From positions 20,178,901 through 20,242,900 of the forward strand of contig NC_068982.1 of the NCBI RefSeq assembly GCF_001194135.2: DNA of 64,000 bases, in the 5' to 3' direction. The stretch's first letter is position 1. Every line of letters begins with the position of its first letter. Source of the DNA: Octopus bimaculoides (taxonomy: Eukaryota). The translations under genes and the position numbers were made by a program. Positions 1 to 12,697 of the stretch are shown piece by piece. The notes beneath the pieces are model-generated. The model did no database searches, had not been told where the DNA came from, and saw only the letters and a list, made by a program, of their open reading frames with translations.

Positions 1-330
1 ACCTATTGTCATAGGTGCCCTGGGAATGACAGCGAAACGAGCTGATTACTACCTAGCTCAGATACCAGGAAACCCCAACATGGCTGAACTGCCCATATCC
101 TACGTAAAATACTGTCTATGTGATCTCAAATTTTAAAACAAACACATAATTTTCTTATGGTTTCTTAAACATTCACTAGAACTAAACTGTACAAATCCAA
201 ATATATGGTACCCTAGGCATAACACCTACATGAACTTCTAACTTGTTGTCTCTTGAGGTCTCTGGGTGAGACTTGGATCCAACTTGTACAAATGCAAAAC
301 AAAAGTCAAACATAAAATACTAATAATAAA
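1..330 (+). mobile_element. 3' end of an R4/Dong-like RLE non-LTR retrotransposon (ORF C-terminus plus 3'UTR)
   Basis: From nt 2 it reads PIVIGALGMTAKRADYYLAQIPGNPNMAEL, then after a small deletion/frameshift HILRKILSM*. This is the typical RLE-element C-terminus. It ends near TAATAATAA (~320-328). Confidence 0.8.
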
Positions 331-2402
331 TCTGCATAGGACCCCTCAAGTAGCGACAAAATATTCTATCTGCAGCATGATAGGTAGAAGGCAATTTAAC
401 AATATAACAGAGAATGAAAGAATTTAATAAAGCACATTTTATTTTATTAAAAGTCACACAGTTCAAAATGACCCAGGCAATTGAAATATGTTCTAAGCGG
501 AGAGGTTTGAAAATTAAATTTCACTTTAGATTGTTTTTTATTTGGAAATGAAAACCTGTTGTTATTCTTTTTCGTTTGCGTTCCGTCTCTCTGATGATGA
601 AAAGAGGCACCTCGTTTCACCGCTAGCCAACCACTGTCTGGAAAGATAATGCCATAGCATTACTATGCGAAAAATTACGACCTTTCAGATGGAAGATACA
701 ATGCATTCGTTCTCGAATATTTATCTGTTTTGTACACGTTATTTAGGACACAGTATCGATTGACTTTTGTTTATTTTTTTTCAAATTACACTGTAAAGAG
801 ATGAAAATACTATTAAATAATGACAGTATTAATTCTATGTATTTAAAAAAAAATACTTCTAAATCCTCAGACGGCCATTCATGTTTCAGTAAACGTGTTC
901 ATTCAGTAAAGACTTATTTTTAAATAAAAATTATACTATAGCTCTACTTTTAAAAAACATTTCAAGAAAACGAAGTTGTGTTTGATTCAAAACGTGAGAA
1001 GTGCGTTTAGTTTAATAAAGAGTCGAATAAAAATTTAAAAAAGCGCGCTAATATTAATTGCAAACAACATTCTGCCCTTCGGGGCATAGATATAGTGATA
1101 TATTTTGAGACTACATGAGTTTGTTAAAAAAAGACAAAATAGCGAGAAAATTTCTGGTATCTAATAGAAAGAATCTAATAATATTACTACCTAGGAATGA
1201 CAGTTTTATATACGTATAAATAAAATTGATATTGGAAATAACTCTATTCAGCGATATTTTTTTCTATATAACAATTAAAAAGAGACTTACAAATGACGTA
1301 TAATTGAACAGGGAGGATAAGTTTAATTTTACTTGACAATGGCAAAAAATTTAGCATTGTGAGCTCTTTATATTATTTTGTTCTATACGTGACGAAAATA
1401 ATGAGATACTGATGTATGTTATTCATATAGAAGAATATGAAATGGTGAAGAAGGGCTCTGGGAGACGAAGTAGGATTGCTGAACCCTTATAAGGTCGTGG
1501 GAGAAGCAACATTGCGGAGATTAAGACAATAATAACCTCTGATGATTTGTCGGCTGCTTTGATTCGCAGAACCTTAGAAAGGGAAATTGTAATAATTCTT
1601 TATAATCCTTACTGCGTCATCTTGATATTGTCTGTTAAGAACATAGTATGTGTTAGTAAAAGATTGGTATTCGTGTTGTACATGCGCCTCCAATATAATC
1701 TTTACGAGCTACAGTTACTTTCAACAAGCCGCAGTTCATTATGCGTCTCGTAATTAGTACTATCCAACATCAAAGCATTATAGGAATAATTGAATAAAAT
1801 AATGAGTTTTATTAATATGATCTTTCGAAGATTTTACAAGAGGTACCTAGCAACATATTTAGAATAGATGTATTAGAAACATACAGTCACAAAGATGCAC
1901 ATAAAGCTCTTAACCGTTTTCTGCCATCATTGGAAGTTAGAACAGATACGTGGAAGTCACAGCGGCTGAGCAGTTCCATCTCAGAAGAACATTATTCGCA
2001 TAGCTATTAGAAAAGAGCCCAAACACTATCTGCTCCAAAAATCGGACAGTTTATTGTCACTTACAACTTCCCAATTCGACAGGGACAAAACAAAAATACG
2101 AAACGTAAAATAGGTGACGTATGCTTCTAAAAATACGTTGTTGGGATTATGAAAACTTGCTGCATGATCAAATATCTAACAGTCCTGAGCGCCGTGCAGC
2201 TTTTATTGAAGTAAATGTTAACAGATATCAAAATTGTTCCTTCTGAGACGTGATTGTCACGCGAAGTTCATCCAACTGAAATAGACTATGGAAGGATAAG
2301 GAAAATATTAAATTTAAGCCCTAAAATTCACTCCATAACTGCTCACGGGTATATGGCGCAGTGGTTAAGAGCGCGGGCTACTAACCCCAAGATTCCGAGT
2401 GA

Positions 2403-2406
<4 letters not shown>

Positions 2407-2461
<55 letters not shown>
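2407..2461. repeat. (AAT)n microsatellite
   Basis: Direct reading; internal to the Penelope 3' region. Confidence 0.95.
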
Positions 2462-2462
<1 letters not shown>

Positions 2463-2511
2463 CATCGAAAGATACCTTAGGAATGAGAGTCCAGGTTCGA
2501 AATTTCCCCAA

Positions 2512-2557
2512 GACACCTGATGAAGGCTGGAGGGTATATCGGCCGAAACGCTGTGTT
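2512..2557 (+). ncRNA. Minimal type-I hammerhead ribozyme motif (Penelope-type)
   Basis: Stem I GACAC/GTGTT. Core CTGATGA 2517-2523 plus one extra A. Stem II GGCTG/CGGCC. GAAA 2545-2548, then CGCT; the other copy has TGTT, so the inferred consensus is GAAACGTT. Confidence 0.6.
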
Positions 2558-3424
2558 AACAACAAAGAAGATGAGGAAAAATATCCTTCAAATGTAAATA
2601 ATGTAAATTATGTACTATGACTACTGTTTATCTTTAGATGAAAGTCGACGTATAAGAAACGAGATTGCGTCATCTGTTTACCGATCAATAGAAATCGAGT
2701 TGATAGATTAGAAGAGCTGCCACGCACTTCGAGTTATGGCATCGTTAAACTGTGCTTATTGCTGCCTTCAGTTAATTTAAGAAAATTAAAGAAAAGAGGA
2801 TCTTAGAAATATTATCCTTTCCACACCAAATGGCAACAAATTCAGTTTAAACTGTGACATTAATTGCAACGTAAATCGCCACTGTAATACGTGGTATAGT
2901 TTGGCAAACTACAAAGAATAGTAGTAGTCTTCGCCTACCGCAACATCTTTTCAAGCGGGCTTTGCGATAGGAAATATGCTCTTCCACCAAAAGATAGTAG
3001 GAATAAAACTTCTGGTGCCGTGTCAGGTCGAGGTAATCCTTTTGTTGGCTTCTTCATATTAGGTAAGCACACCATTTGTAGATCTGTTTAGAATTAGAGT
3101 TTGCAAGCGTCTACCCATTGAATGGACCGCTATCTAGTACGGGTTAAGGTGCAGATTTTTGGAAAACAGATTTACAATAAATTCTAGAACATTCCAAATC
3201 GGCCGGTTGTTTACGAACTCCGAGTCGAGCACTATGGTCATCTTTTTGCAAATCCCATATGGAACTTTTCGAAAATTTATTATAATATCCAAAATAATTC
3301 ACATATGAAGAAAATTTAAATACTATATATTATTTTAAATCTTAAGACACCTGGCAAAGCTAAAAATTATGAATAGAAAAATTTGGCAGTTAATGAGTTA
3401 ATAAGTGAATATCCTATATAGACG

Positions 3425-3646
3425 TAGGCAAATATTGAACTCAAAGCTTGGCAAAAGGCGAGCAATTGTTAGAAAGTGATTAAGTCGATTACATCGACCA
3501 CAGCGCTCAACTGATATTTATTTTATTGACCCGACAGGAGGAAAGGCAAAATCGACCTCGGAATTTGAACTCTGACCGTGAAGACGGACAAAATGCCGTT
3601 ATGCATTTTGCTTGGCATGCTAAAGTCTCTGCTAGATCACCGCACT
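3425..3646 (-). mobile_element. SINE family A, degenerate
   Basis: Reverse complement of the family A head (GGCGGTGAGCTGGCAGAA-like) and of the GTCGACTTTGCCTTTCATCC core. Confidence 0.75.
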
Positions 3647-4233
3647 CTTGTAGACAAATATTAAAACCCGAATAGCTTTTAGAGGCTATTACACCATCTA
3701 GCCTTTTTCTCTCTTCTGTATATAATTTTCTCTCTTAAGAATTAGTTTGATGAATTTAGTGTTTAACCGATGCAATTGTAACAATAATAAACTTCTGTTA
3801 TATATTTTTATTTTATTTTCCATAGCAGTTAACGATATTCAACTAATATATGCTATAACATTTTGTCAATGATCATCTATGGTGTATTTTAACAGAATTT
3901 AGTAATTCATTATTGTTTATTGTAAGTCAAAGAAATAACCAATATTTAACGGAAAACGTTGTTATTTTCACTTTCTAATCAATAATACTGCTAAGAGTTC
4001 AGATACATATATTCGTCAGCACATATATAGATAAATTAAGAGATAAACAAATAGATGGATGGATATATTGAAACGTCTGTTGCCGATATATGTGTCATAA
4101 ACATATAGAGATATTTAAATATGTACAGTCACACACGGACTCATAGACATATACCCACTAAGGCAGAGTGAACACTGAAGATGCTGCAGTAGTTACTGTC
4201 GGGTTGATATGTTGCTTAGTATATATTCTGGGT

Positions 4234-4616
4234 GGAGGCGCAATGGCCCAGTGGTTAGGGGAGCGGACTCGCGGTCATAGTATCGCGGTTTCGATTCCCT
4301 GACAAGGCGTTGTGAGTGTTTATTGAGCGAAAACACCTAAAGCTCCACGAGGCTCTGGCAGGGGATGGTGGCGAACCCTGCTGTACTCTTACACCACAAC
4401 TTTCTCTCACTCTTACTTCCTGTTTCTGTTGTGCCTGTAATTCAAAGGGCTAGCCTTGTCACACTGCGTCACGCTGAATATCCCCGAGAACTACGTTAAG
4501 GGTACACGTGTCTGTGGAGTGCTCAGCCACTTGCACGTTAATTTCACGAGCAGGCTATTCCGTTGATCGGATCAACTCGAACCCTCGACGTCGTAAGCGA
4601 CGGAGTGCCAACATAC
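4234..4616 (+). mobile_element. SINE family B (tRNA-derived), full length, tail type 1
   Basis: Head GGAGGCGCAATGGCCCAGTGGTTAGG with B-box-like GGTTTCGATTCC. 11-bp TSD ATATATTCTGG at 4221-4231 and 4617-4627. Confidence 0.9.
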
Positions 4617-5395
4617 ATATATTCTGGAATCAGAACATATATTATGATTAAAATATTATCATGAAAGTGCTGTGAATTCCTTAGAGAGAAATACATGAAC
4701 CCCGATATGTACTTGAACTTCAACTGTCATACATATCTGACAAAATACAATTTTATTCTATATTTTTATTAATGGAAATAATACTTATATATCGATTTAT
4801 AAGTCGATTCAATTACTTGTAGTTCAGTGGACAGATAACGCAATAGTTCTCTGAAATCCTGAATCGATTGTCGCTCTGATGGCCAAATGACGATGAGATA
4901 TTATCGGAAAACTATTGTCACATCACATTCCAAGTAATATGTTCGTAGCTACATTGGTTTATTCGGCCTATTCATTCTTGAAAATAAATTAAAATGGGAA
5001 TACAATCTGACAATTCCAGTGGCAACAGCGATTTAATATATCGTAGCGCTATCAATTGTAATCTCAAATACTTCAGCAGATTTAAAATTAGTCAATTGTA
5101 ATATCATGACAATAACGGAAGCAAAACGTTGATCACTTCTCTAAATACATTACATATATTAGTTCGACACACTGAAGTAGAATTCAGACAATGTCACATT
5201 TTATTTCCTGCCTCTAAACATAACTTCCCCAATTATGTAGTGATATTCCTAGTATTCCGTATTCAGTGAAAACAATACCGTTTGGGTATGTGAAATTAAA
5301 TCGACAGCATGATCGTTCAAATGAAAAAAAATTGATATAATTGGATGGTTAAATGTTTATTTCAGGATCTAAACAGTACATATTTTACTGTGAAT

Positions 5396-5744
5396 NNNNN
5401 NNNNNNNNNNNNNNNNNNNNNNNNNNNNNNNNNNNNNNNNNNNNNNNNNNNNNNNNNNNNNNNNNNNNNNNNNNNNNNNNNNNNNNNNNNNNNNNNNNNN
5501 NNNNNNNNNNNNNNNNNNNNNNNNNNNNNNNNNNNNNNNNNNNNNNNNNNNNNNNNNNNNNNNNNNNNNNNNNNNNNNNNNNNNNNNNNNNNNNNNNNNN
5601 NNNNNNNNNNNNNNNNNNNNNNNNNNNNNNNNNNNNNNNNNNNNNNNNNNNNNNNNNNNNNNNNNNNNNNNNNNNNNNNNNNNNNNNNNNNNNNNNNNNN
5701 NNNNNNNNNNNNNNNNNNNNNNNNNNNNNNNNNNNNNNNNNNNN
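5396..5744. other. Assembly gap followed by (TA)n
   Basis: Run of N. Confidence 1.
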
Positions 5745-5785
<41 letters not shown>

Positions 5786-6651
5786 CCAAATATATCCATA
5801 TATCTATATATATATATCTATATATATCCTCATTTATAATGACTCATAATTCTATTGCTCCAGTCACTTACATTGTAGAATATAGTCGACAACATTAAAT
5901 ATATATTTAGCAAATTAGTTTGCCGTGTAATATTTAACTAAAATAACAAATTTAAAAAAAATGGAATGTTAGGTGAAGACATTCTTTGAATAAATTTGAA
6001 AGAAAAGAATCCGAATTAATCAGCAATAATTTGACTAAGCACACCTGGGTGTTGAAAATACTATCCCTCAGATTCGAAGGACAAGTTGTAGCTCAAATTC
6101 GACGAATAATTTTTAATGTCAAATGTTTAGTTTGCCGTGAAGTGTGCTGAAGCATTTCATTGAAAGCTAGGGAAGTAAGGCAAATCCATTCTCTCTTGAA
6201 ATACATTTTCCTCAGGAAATGGATTTGAAGAATAGGTCTAGAGGTTGAGAGCGATGTGAAAGTGTATGGAGGGAGAGAGAGTAGTTTTATGATTGGTTCA
6301 GAAGTTTAAGTGCCAAGTGGGAAAGTAAAATGAACTGGAAACAACGTCAAAGATAAACTATATGAAGGATTCATGTAAAATGCGTAGAGAAGGGAAAAGT
6401 AGGGAACAAAGTGAATTAAAAATAGGTTCACATAAAGCAATCCACTGTGTACGGCACAGTTATTTTCAACTTGGCTGTAAAGCATATCGTTGATCTTCAA
6501 TGAACAAAGCAGAAAAATAATGTTCCGTTTTCTTGACGAAATATATGTATAAACTCGGCCGCATGCACAAATGCAATCATAGCTGAAAGGACACACACTC
6601 ATATATACATAAATACATACATAAATACATATATATATATATATATATATA

Positions 6652-7141
6652 NNNNNNNNNNNNNNNNNNNNNNNNNNNNNNNNNNNNNNNNNNNNNNNNN
6701 NNNNNNNNNNNNNNNNNNNNNNNNNNNNNNNNNNNNNNNNNNNNNNNNNNNNNNNNNNNNNNNNNNNNNNNNNNNNNNNNNNNNNNNNNNNNNNNNNNNN
6801 NNNNNNNNNNNNNNNNNNNNNNNNNNNNNNNNNNNNNNNNNNNNNNNNNNNNNNNNNNNNNNNNNNNNNNNNNNNNNNNNNNNNNNNNNNNNNNNNNNNN
6901 NNNNNNNNNNNNNNNNNNNNNNNNNNNNNNNNNNNNNNNNNNNNNNNNNNNNNNNNNNNNNNNNNNNNNNNNNNNNNNNNNNNNNNNNNNNNNNNNNNNN
7001 NNNNNNNNNNNNNNNNNNNNNNNNNNNNNNNNNNNNNNNNNNNNNNNNNNNNNNNNNNNNNNNNNNNNNNNNNNNNNNNNNNNNNNNNNNNNNNNNNNNN
7101 NNNNNNNNNNNNNNNNNNNNNNNNNNNNNNNNNNNNNNNNN
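6652..7141. other. Assembly gap flanked by (TA)n
   Basis: Run of N. Confidence 1.
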
Positions 7142-8074
7142 TATATATATATATATTTGTATATGCATATATATATGTGTGTGTGCATGTATACATGAGT
7201 GTGTGTATATTCATAAACATATTCAAGCACGAGTGTGCACAGATTTATAGGTCTAACTGTCTCAGTATATGCACTTACACAGAAGAAGTACGTATAACAA
7301 TTCAGAATGTAGATCTACGAAAATAAAATAAACTAAACCATGTGTTTAAGTTAAAAAAAAAACGTCATGTAGAAGGTCACCTCTGGGTTGTGAGATGTGA
7401 GTGATAGCAAATTATAAAAAACCAAATCTAAATATTTGTATTCTAGAAGCATATCTTGCATAGCAATTCTGCTTTCGGAGACACGCTTTTTCTTTTCGGA
7501 TCTCAGGTGTAACATTTTGTATGAAACTTCATTCATATGGAGGTCGTTATTTTAGTTGCTGGCTATCTTAGGGTGATGGGCTATGATTTTCCAACTCTGC
7601 TGTTATTATTGTACGTATTTATTTGATGATCTTTGAACTACTATCTAACCTCACTTGTGAACAGAATACTTACGATTTTCAATTCCGTACAGTAATATAC
7701 AAATGTGGGATACTTACTGAACGTGGGATACTTACTGCATTAAGTGGAATATACAGGACGATAAAAGCATTCAATATCCAAGTGTAGAAAAGGTATGTTA
7801 CGAAGACGAACGATAAACGAACTGAATACGTACATGGGACTTTCAGGTGAACTTATGCGTGGCATGAATGCAGTTGGAGAATAGGTCTCGATGAGAGTTT
7901 TGGGTGATGAGGTAGATTTTTGGATATATTAAGAGAAATATTGATGGAGCGATTTCTTCCATACACGTCTATGCCAAAAATTGAAACATTCCTTCTCAGC
8001 TGTTTTAATTTTGTCGTGTCGGCTGCAAAGATGGCACAGCGTTTCGAATTCAAAATGGAAAATAGTGAGAAGTT

Positions 8075-8311
8075 TCTTCTTATTTCTTTACTGTCTAAAA
8101 GGGGCTACACACAGAGGGGACAAACAAGGACAAACAAACGGATTAAGTCGATTATATCGACATCAGTGCGTAACTGGTACTTATTTCATCGACCTCGAAA
8201 GGATGAAAGGCAAAGTCGGCCTCGGCGGAATTTGAACTCAGAACGCAGCGCCAGACGAAATACCACTTAGCATTTCGCCCGGCGTGCTAACGATTCTACC
8301 AGCTCACCGCC
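8075..8311 (-). mobile_element. SINE family A, TTTGTCCCCTCT-type tail
   Basis: Near-identical in reverse complement to 26923-27160. Confidence 0.9.
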
Positions 8312-9857
8312 TTTAAGTTTCTTCTGCTAAGGAGAAGTTTCTTCTGCTCCTAAATAACTTGCGTATTTAACTCATCGTTTATTGAAAGAGTGATCGTTGG
8401 AGTTCTAATTACGTAGTCATGCCGTCTGATAGGATTGGAGTCGTTTGAGATGTAAACTTCTGCTTTATGTTCCATATCATAGACAAAAGATTTCAATTGA
8501 ACTTACGTAAAAGAAACGCTTGCTGCTGGTGCTGGTGTGAAACTCGGCCACTTTAGAGACGATGAAAGTGAAAAAAAAAAAAAAAAGCAGAAATTTTGTG
8601 AAATGCTGATATAAAGCTTACGAACTTAATGCTTCTAAAACAGTTCAGCAAATTCTTCACATATATTCACGTACATACACCAACATGCATACTAACACAC
8701 ACACATAAACGCACAACGAAGCAATCAATTGTGCTTATGTAAACTCTCGAGACAGTCATATCAGTTCAATTCGATAGAGCTGATAGATAGAAGGCAAATT
8801 TTTTTTTATCAGAATATAAGTAAATTGACATCACTAGATAAACAAAAGGTTTTTAAGTTATCCCTTTAAAGCTAGTAAACGTCTGGACAATTTTACAGAT
8901 CTGCCGCAACTCTTTGATGTATTAGTCATATTTTAAGCTAAGAGAACTGGGAAAATTGAGAATTATGTATCTTGTCTGCAAACTCAACTTAGTTATAAGA
9001 ATCACAAACTGCAAGATGTCTGTTGGTATTCAGCTGATTTGGACATCAATTATATCATATACTGAATAAGGATACAATTATCAACGGCAATGAATGTTGT
9101 CTTTTATTTTGATGATAAAACATATCAGATAATAAAGATGGTGCAGTTATAGCTAATACAGGAAAAGTTTCGTATTATAAAACAAGGTTGGTCATTCTAG
9201 AAAATCAAATTTTGATCTGAATAGAATTATTTGTCTCAGAGACACAAAGAACTGGTATTTATGACTTTATTGCTCTGTACTGGAAGGCTAACAAACCAGA
9301 ATACAGCTCGTTGCAATAGAAACCTATGTTTAAACTGGAATAGAAGTAATTAACTTGAAATAAATCCTTCTCCCATTGCCATTACGTTGCTTGCTATTTG
9401 GTGTTTGGAATGCAGTACGAATAATTCGTTACATCTTAACGCCATGAATACTTTCTTGATTAGCTATATATTAACCAATACTGTAGAATATATTTGCTAA
9501 AGAGACATTGGTACAATCTTACAAAGCTTAAATCTATATACTAATTAGCTTCAGTTCTCTAGTAATTGGCGCCGTAAACATGTCAAATACATTAACGATT
9601 CTCTGTTATTAGTTTATACACCGCATAAATGTACACCGAGTTACTAGGAACTAAACACATAAAAATGCGTATATACATACATACACATATAAGCATAGAA
9701 ATTCAGATATTTGTACCACGTATAAATGCACACACACACACACACCAACACGTACGCACATCTATATATATATGTATATTTATATCTGTGTAATATAACA
9801 TTATTTCTGTGTGTGTATATATATATATGTGTGTGTATGTGTGTGTAATATAATATT

Positions 9858-9858
9858 A

Positions 9859-9898
<40 letters not shown>

Positions 9899-9987
9899 TA
9901 GATAGAGATATAAATAGATAAATAGATAGATAGATAGATGGATAGATAGATAGATAAACAGTCATACATATACATAGAGAAAGGGTG

Positions 9988-10040
<53 letters not shown>

Positions 10041-10062
10041 AAGAGAAAGAGAGAGAGAGAGA
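9858..10062. repeat. Compound (TA)n/(GATA)n/(GA)n microsatellite
   Basis: Direct reading. Confidence 0.9.
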
Positions 10063-11244
10063 GTTATCAAAGGAAATCTTACGGAGACAGAAGAATGTGA
10101 ATCGTAATAAGCACAGGGAGATAAAAAAGATCCTGCCTGTGCATATTTTACGTAAATGTAAAAATGTGCATGCACACGCAAACACACACACGCAAACACA
10201 CACACACACATTCGTATATAAAGCAGCAGAAAGGGAGTATATGCGGCATTGTCAATATTTTGTCAATATCAGATTTCAATAGAGTAGTGATTTTCTCTTA
10301 TAAGTCATTTAGTACCTTAATGCAAGTATTTTAAGGAAATTCTGCGCAGAAACAATAAGCTGACTTTAATTGAAATTTTAAAGGAAATCAGATCTACAAT
10401 GCGAAACAAATGATGATAGGAAATGGATAGGTATACAACAGATTTTCAACTGTACTTCAAACGTGTCACATATTTGGTTAGCTTCAGTTCGCTTTGTGTT
10501 TATATTTTTTTTTCCATTTTAAAATTCATTTCTTTCCTTACCTGACAAAAAGAATGATTGTTTGGCGTATTTATCTTCCTCTTCATCTTAAACATTGCAT
10601 CTGATAAAAGTCTCCGTATCATTTTTATCAATGTTTAGCCTAGCGTTATTGGAAAGCACATCGAAAAAGTTCAAAAATCCACTACGCTATCTCATTATTA
10701 TACGGTTGCAGTGTACCAGGTGATTCGTCCTAGCTAGAAATTAATCGACATATCGACCGCCAAATGTCTGACACAGCTCTATTTTTGGCACCGCAACTGA
10801 CAATCAGGTAAACAAAGGTAAGCGGCATACTGAATAAAAATAAGATAAAACTGTTAGAGACATTGCTTATTTGAATTACAAAAGCACGCTTGCATTGTTT
10901 ACAAGCTTTTGTATTCATTCACTGATTTTCAGAGCACAGTATCCCTCCTAGGGCAGATTTATACAAGTGTATGGTACAACATTTGTTCAATGAAAACGTA
11001 TAAATCACACTACAAATCACTAATGTATACGATGTGTTTTGAACAAAAACCAAATCAAAGCAAAACAAATCAAAGCAAGTAAAAGACAAACAAAAACAAA
11101 GAACAGGCATAGCGCGCATATACGTACTGGGACATATAAATACACATCGCGCAGGCACATATGTACATAGTCACATACGCGTGGGTCTAAACACGTATTA
11201 TAACATACACAGAGAACAATATGTTATAAATGTATATACATACA

Positions 11245-11302
11245 GGCGCAAGTGTGGCTCAGTGGTAAGGCATTTGCTTCCCAACCACATGGTTCCGGGT
11301 TC
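11245..11302 (+). mobile_element. SINE family C head fragment
   Basis: GGCGCAAGTGTGGCTCAGTGGTAAGG...CCACATGGTTCCGGGTTCA, truncated at (TA)n. Confidence 0.7.
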
Positions 11303-11308
11303 ATATAT

Positions 11309-11353
<45 letters not shown>

Positions 11354-11433
11354 CAAACATACACAAATATGTGAATATATATGAGCTACAAATCAATCTG
11401 TCACCATTTCTCTCTCTCACTCTCTCTGTGTGT

Positions 11434-11443
11434 NNNNNNNNNN
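11434..11443. other. Assembly gap (10 N)
   Basis: Run of N. Confidence 1.
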
Positions 11444-11711
11444 ATATATATGTATATATATTATATACATTCGGTGCGAATGGTTATTTTTTTAATACAG
11501 CGCCGGGTTTTACAATCCTGTATATAATAATAATGGTATTTATATAAGCCTAAATCTTATAGCAATCACCGTGCAATGACTTAGAAAAATAACTAATAAT
11601 CTCTCGACAGAAAAAAAGTAGGTATTCCTATCCGCGTAGGACACGAACCCACTTCACTTTGTTAACACGACTAAGTGTGTTACCATTAAATACATATATG
11701 TTTTTTCTTTT

Positions 11712-12022
11712 TTTTTTATGCGCCCTTTTAAAACCTAATCAGATTCATGGGCCCGTTTTCCCGGTTTCTATGGCGTATGTGTTTCCCCACCAGTTGGACG
11801 GGACGCCAGTCCATCGTAGCGTTACTCAAGAAACAGGAAGAACGAGTGAGAGAAAGATGGGGCGAAAGAGCACAACAGGGGTCGCCACCACCCACTGCCG
11901 GAGCCTCGTGGAGCTTTAAGAATTTTCGCTCAATAAACACACACAACGCCCGGTCTGGGAATTGAAACCGCGATGCTCCGACTGCGAGTCCGCTGCCCTA
12001 ACCACTGGGCCATTGCGCATCC
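11712..12022 (-). mobile_element. SINE family B, tail type 2
   Basis: Same head and core as 4234. The tail differs: GATGGACTGGCGTCCCGTCC...AGAAACCGGGAAAACGGG...TTTTAAAAGGGCGCAT. Confidence 0.9.
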
Positions 12023-12043
12023 ACACATACACACACACACACA

Positions 12044-12136
<93 letters not shown>
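12023..12136. repeat. Self-complementary (CA)n(TA)n(TG)n microsatellite
   Basis: Direct reading. Confidence 0.95.
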
Positions 12137-12138
<2 letters not shown>

Positions 12139-12493
12139 ATGTATTAAATATGTATATATATATATATATATATATCAAGTATACAATGAGTTTTCGCTAG
12201 GTGACCCAAACTGGTAGGTGTGCACTCTAAGCGCTCAATTTGGTATGTCACTAAAACTCCAGTTAGAACTGCAGTTGTACATGTGATGTTGATATTGCCA
12301 TTCCGAAGCGGCTAGGAGCAGTTTTTCCTTTAGTGGGTAGGTATAGATTAAATGATAAATGAAAAGGCAAACAGTTTGACAAGTTTTGACGGGAACATTT
12401 AATTTAGAAATTTAAATGTTCTTGTCGAATCTTGCTAAACGTTTTGCCTTTTCTCTTTTAACACACACACAAACAAACAAACACGTATATATA

Positions 12494-12697
12494 TTCTTTT
12501 CTTCTCTAGACACAAGGCCTGAAATATTTTGGGATGGGCCAATCGATTAGATCGACTCCACTACGCATTAATTTATCGACCCCGAAAGGATGAAAAGCAA
12601 AGTCGACCTCGGCGGAATTTGAACTCAGAACGTAGAAATAGACGAAATACCGGTATGCATTTCGCCCGTCGTGCTAACTTTTCTGCCAGCTCACCGC
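12494..12697 (-). mobile_element. SINE family A, GGCCTTGTG-type tail
   Basis: Reverse complement matches 26502-26719. Confidence 0.9.

Larger units (their letters stand above)
2285..2610 (+). mobile_element. Penelope-like element 3' region with tRNA-like module and hammerhead motif
   Basis: Collinear with 49580-49930, which directly follows a GIY-YIG ORF. A-box TGGCGCAGTGG at 2354-2364, (AAT)n, then CTGATGA...GAAA core at 2517-2548. Confidence 0.75.

Noticed and set aside
1073-1086. TGCCC-TTCG-GGGCA tetraloop hairpin
   Set aside because: Only 5 bp, with no Helitron CTRR end or other supporting context.
1431-2714. Exon-like plus-strand segments (EEYEMVKKGSGRRSRIAEPL*; DESRRIRNEIASSVYRSIEIELID*)
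   Set aside because: Each ends in a stop, neither has recognisable homology or a linked upstream exon, and both are within chance expectation.
1911-3401. TTAACCGTTTTCTGCC ... GGCAGTTAATGAGTTAA as TTAA-type TIRs
   Set aside because: The match between ends is too weak and no transposase trace lies between them.
4234-4305. tRNA genes at SINE heads (also 11950-12022, 44160-44230)
   Set aside because: A and B boxes are present, but there is no complete cloverleaf or acceptor stem, and the sequence continues into SINE body with TSDs.
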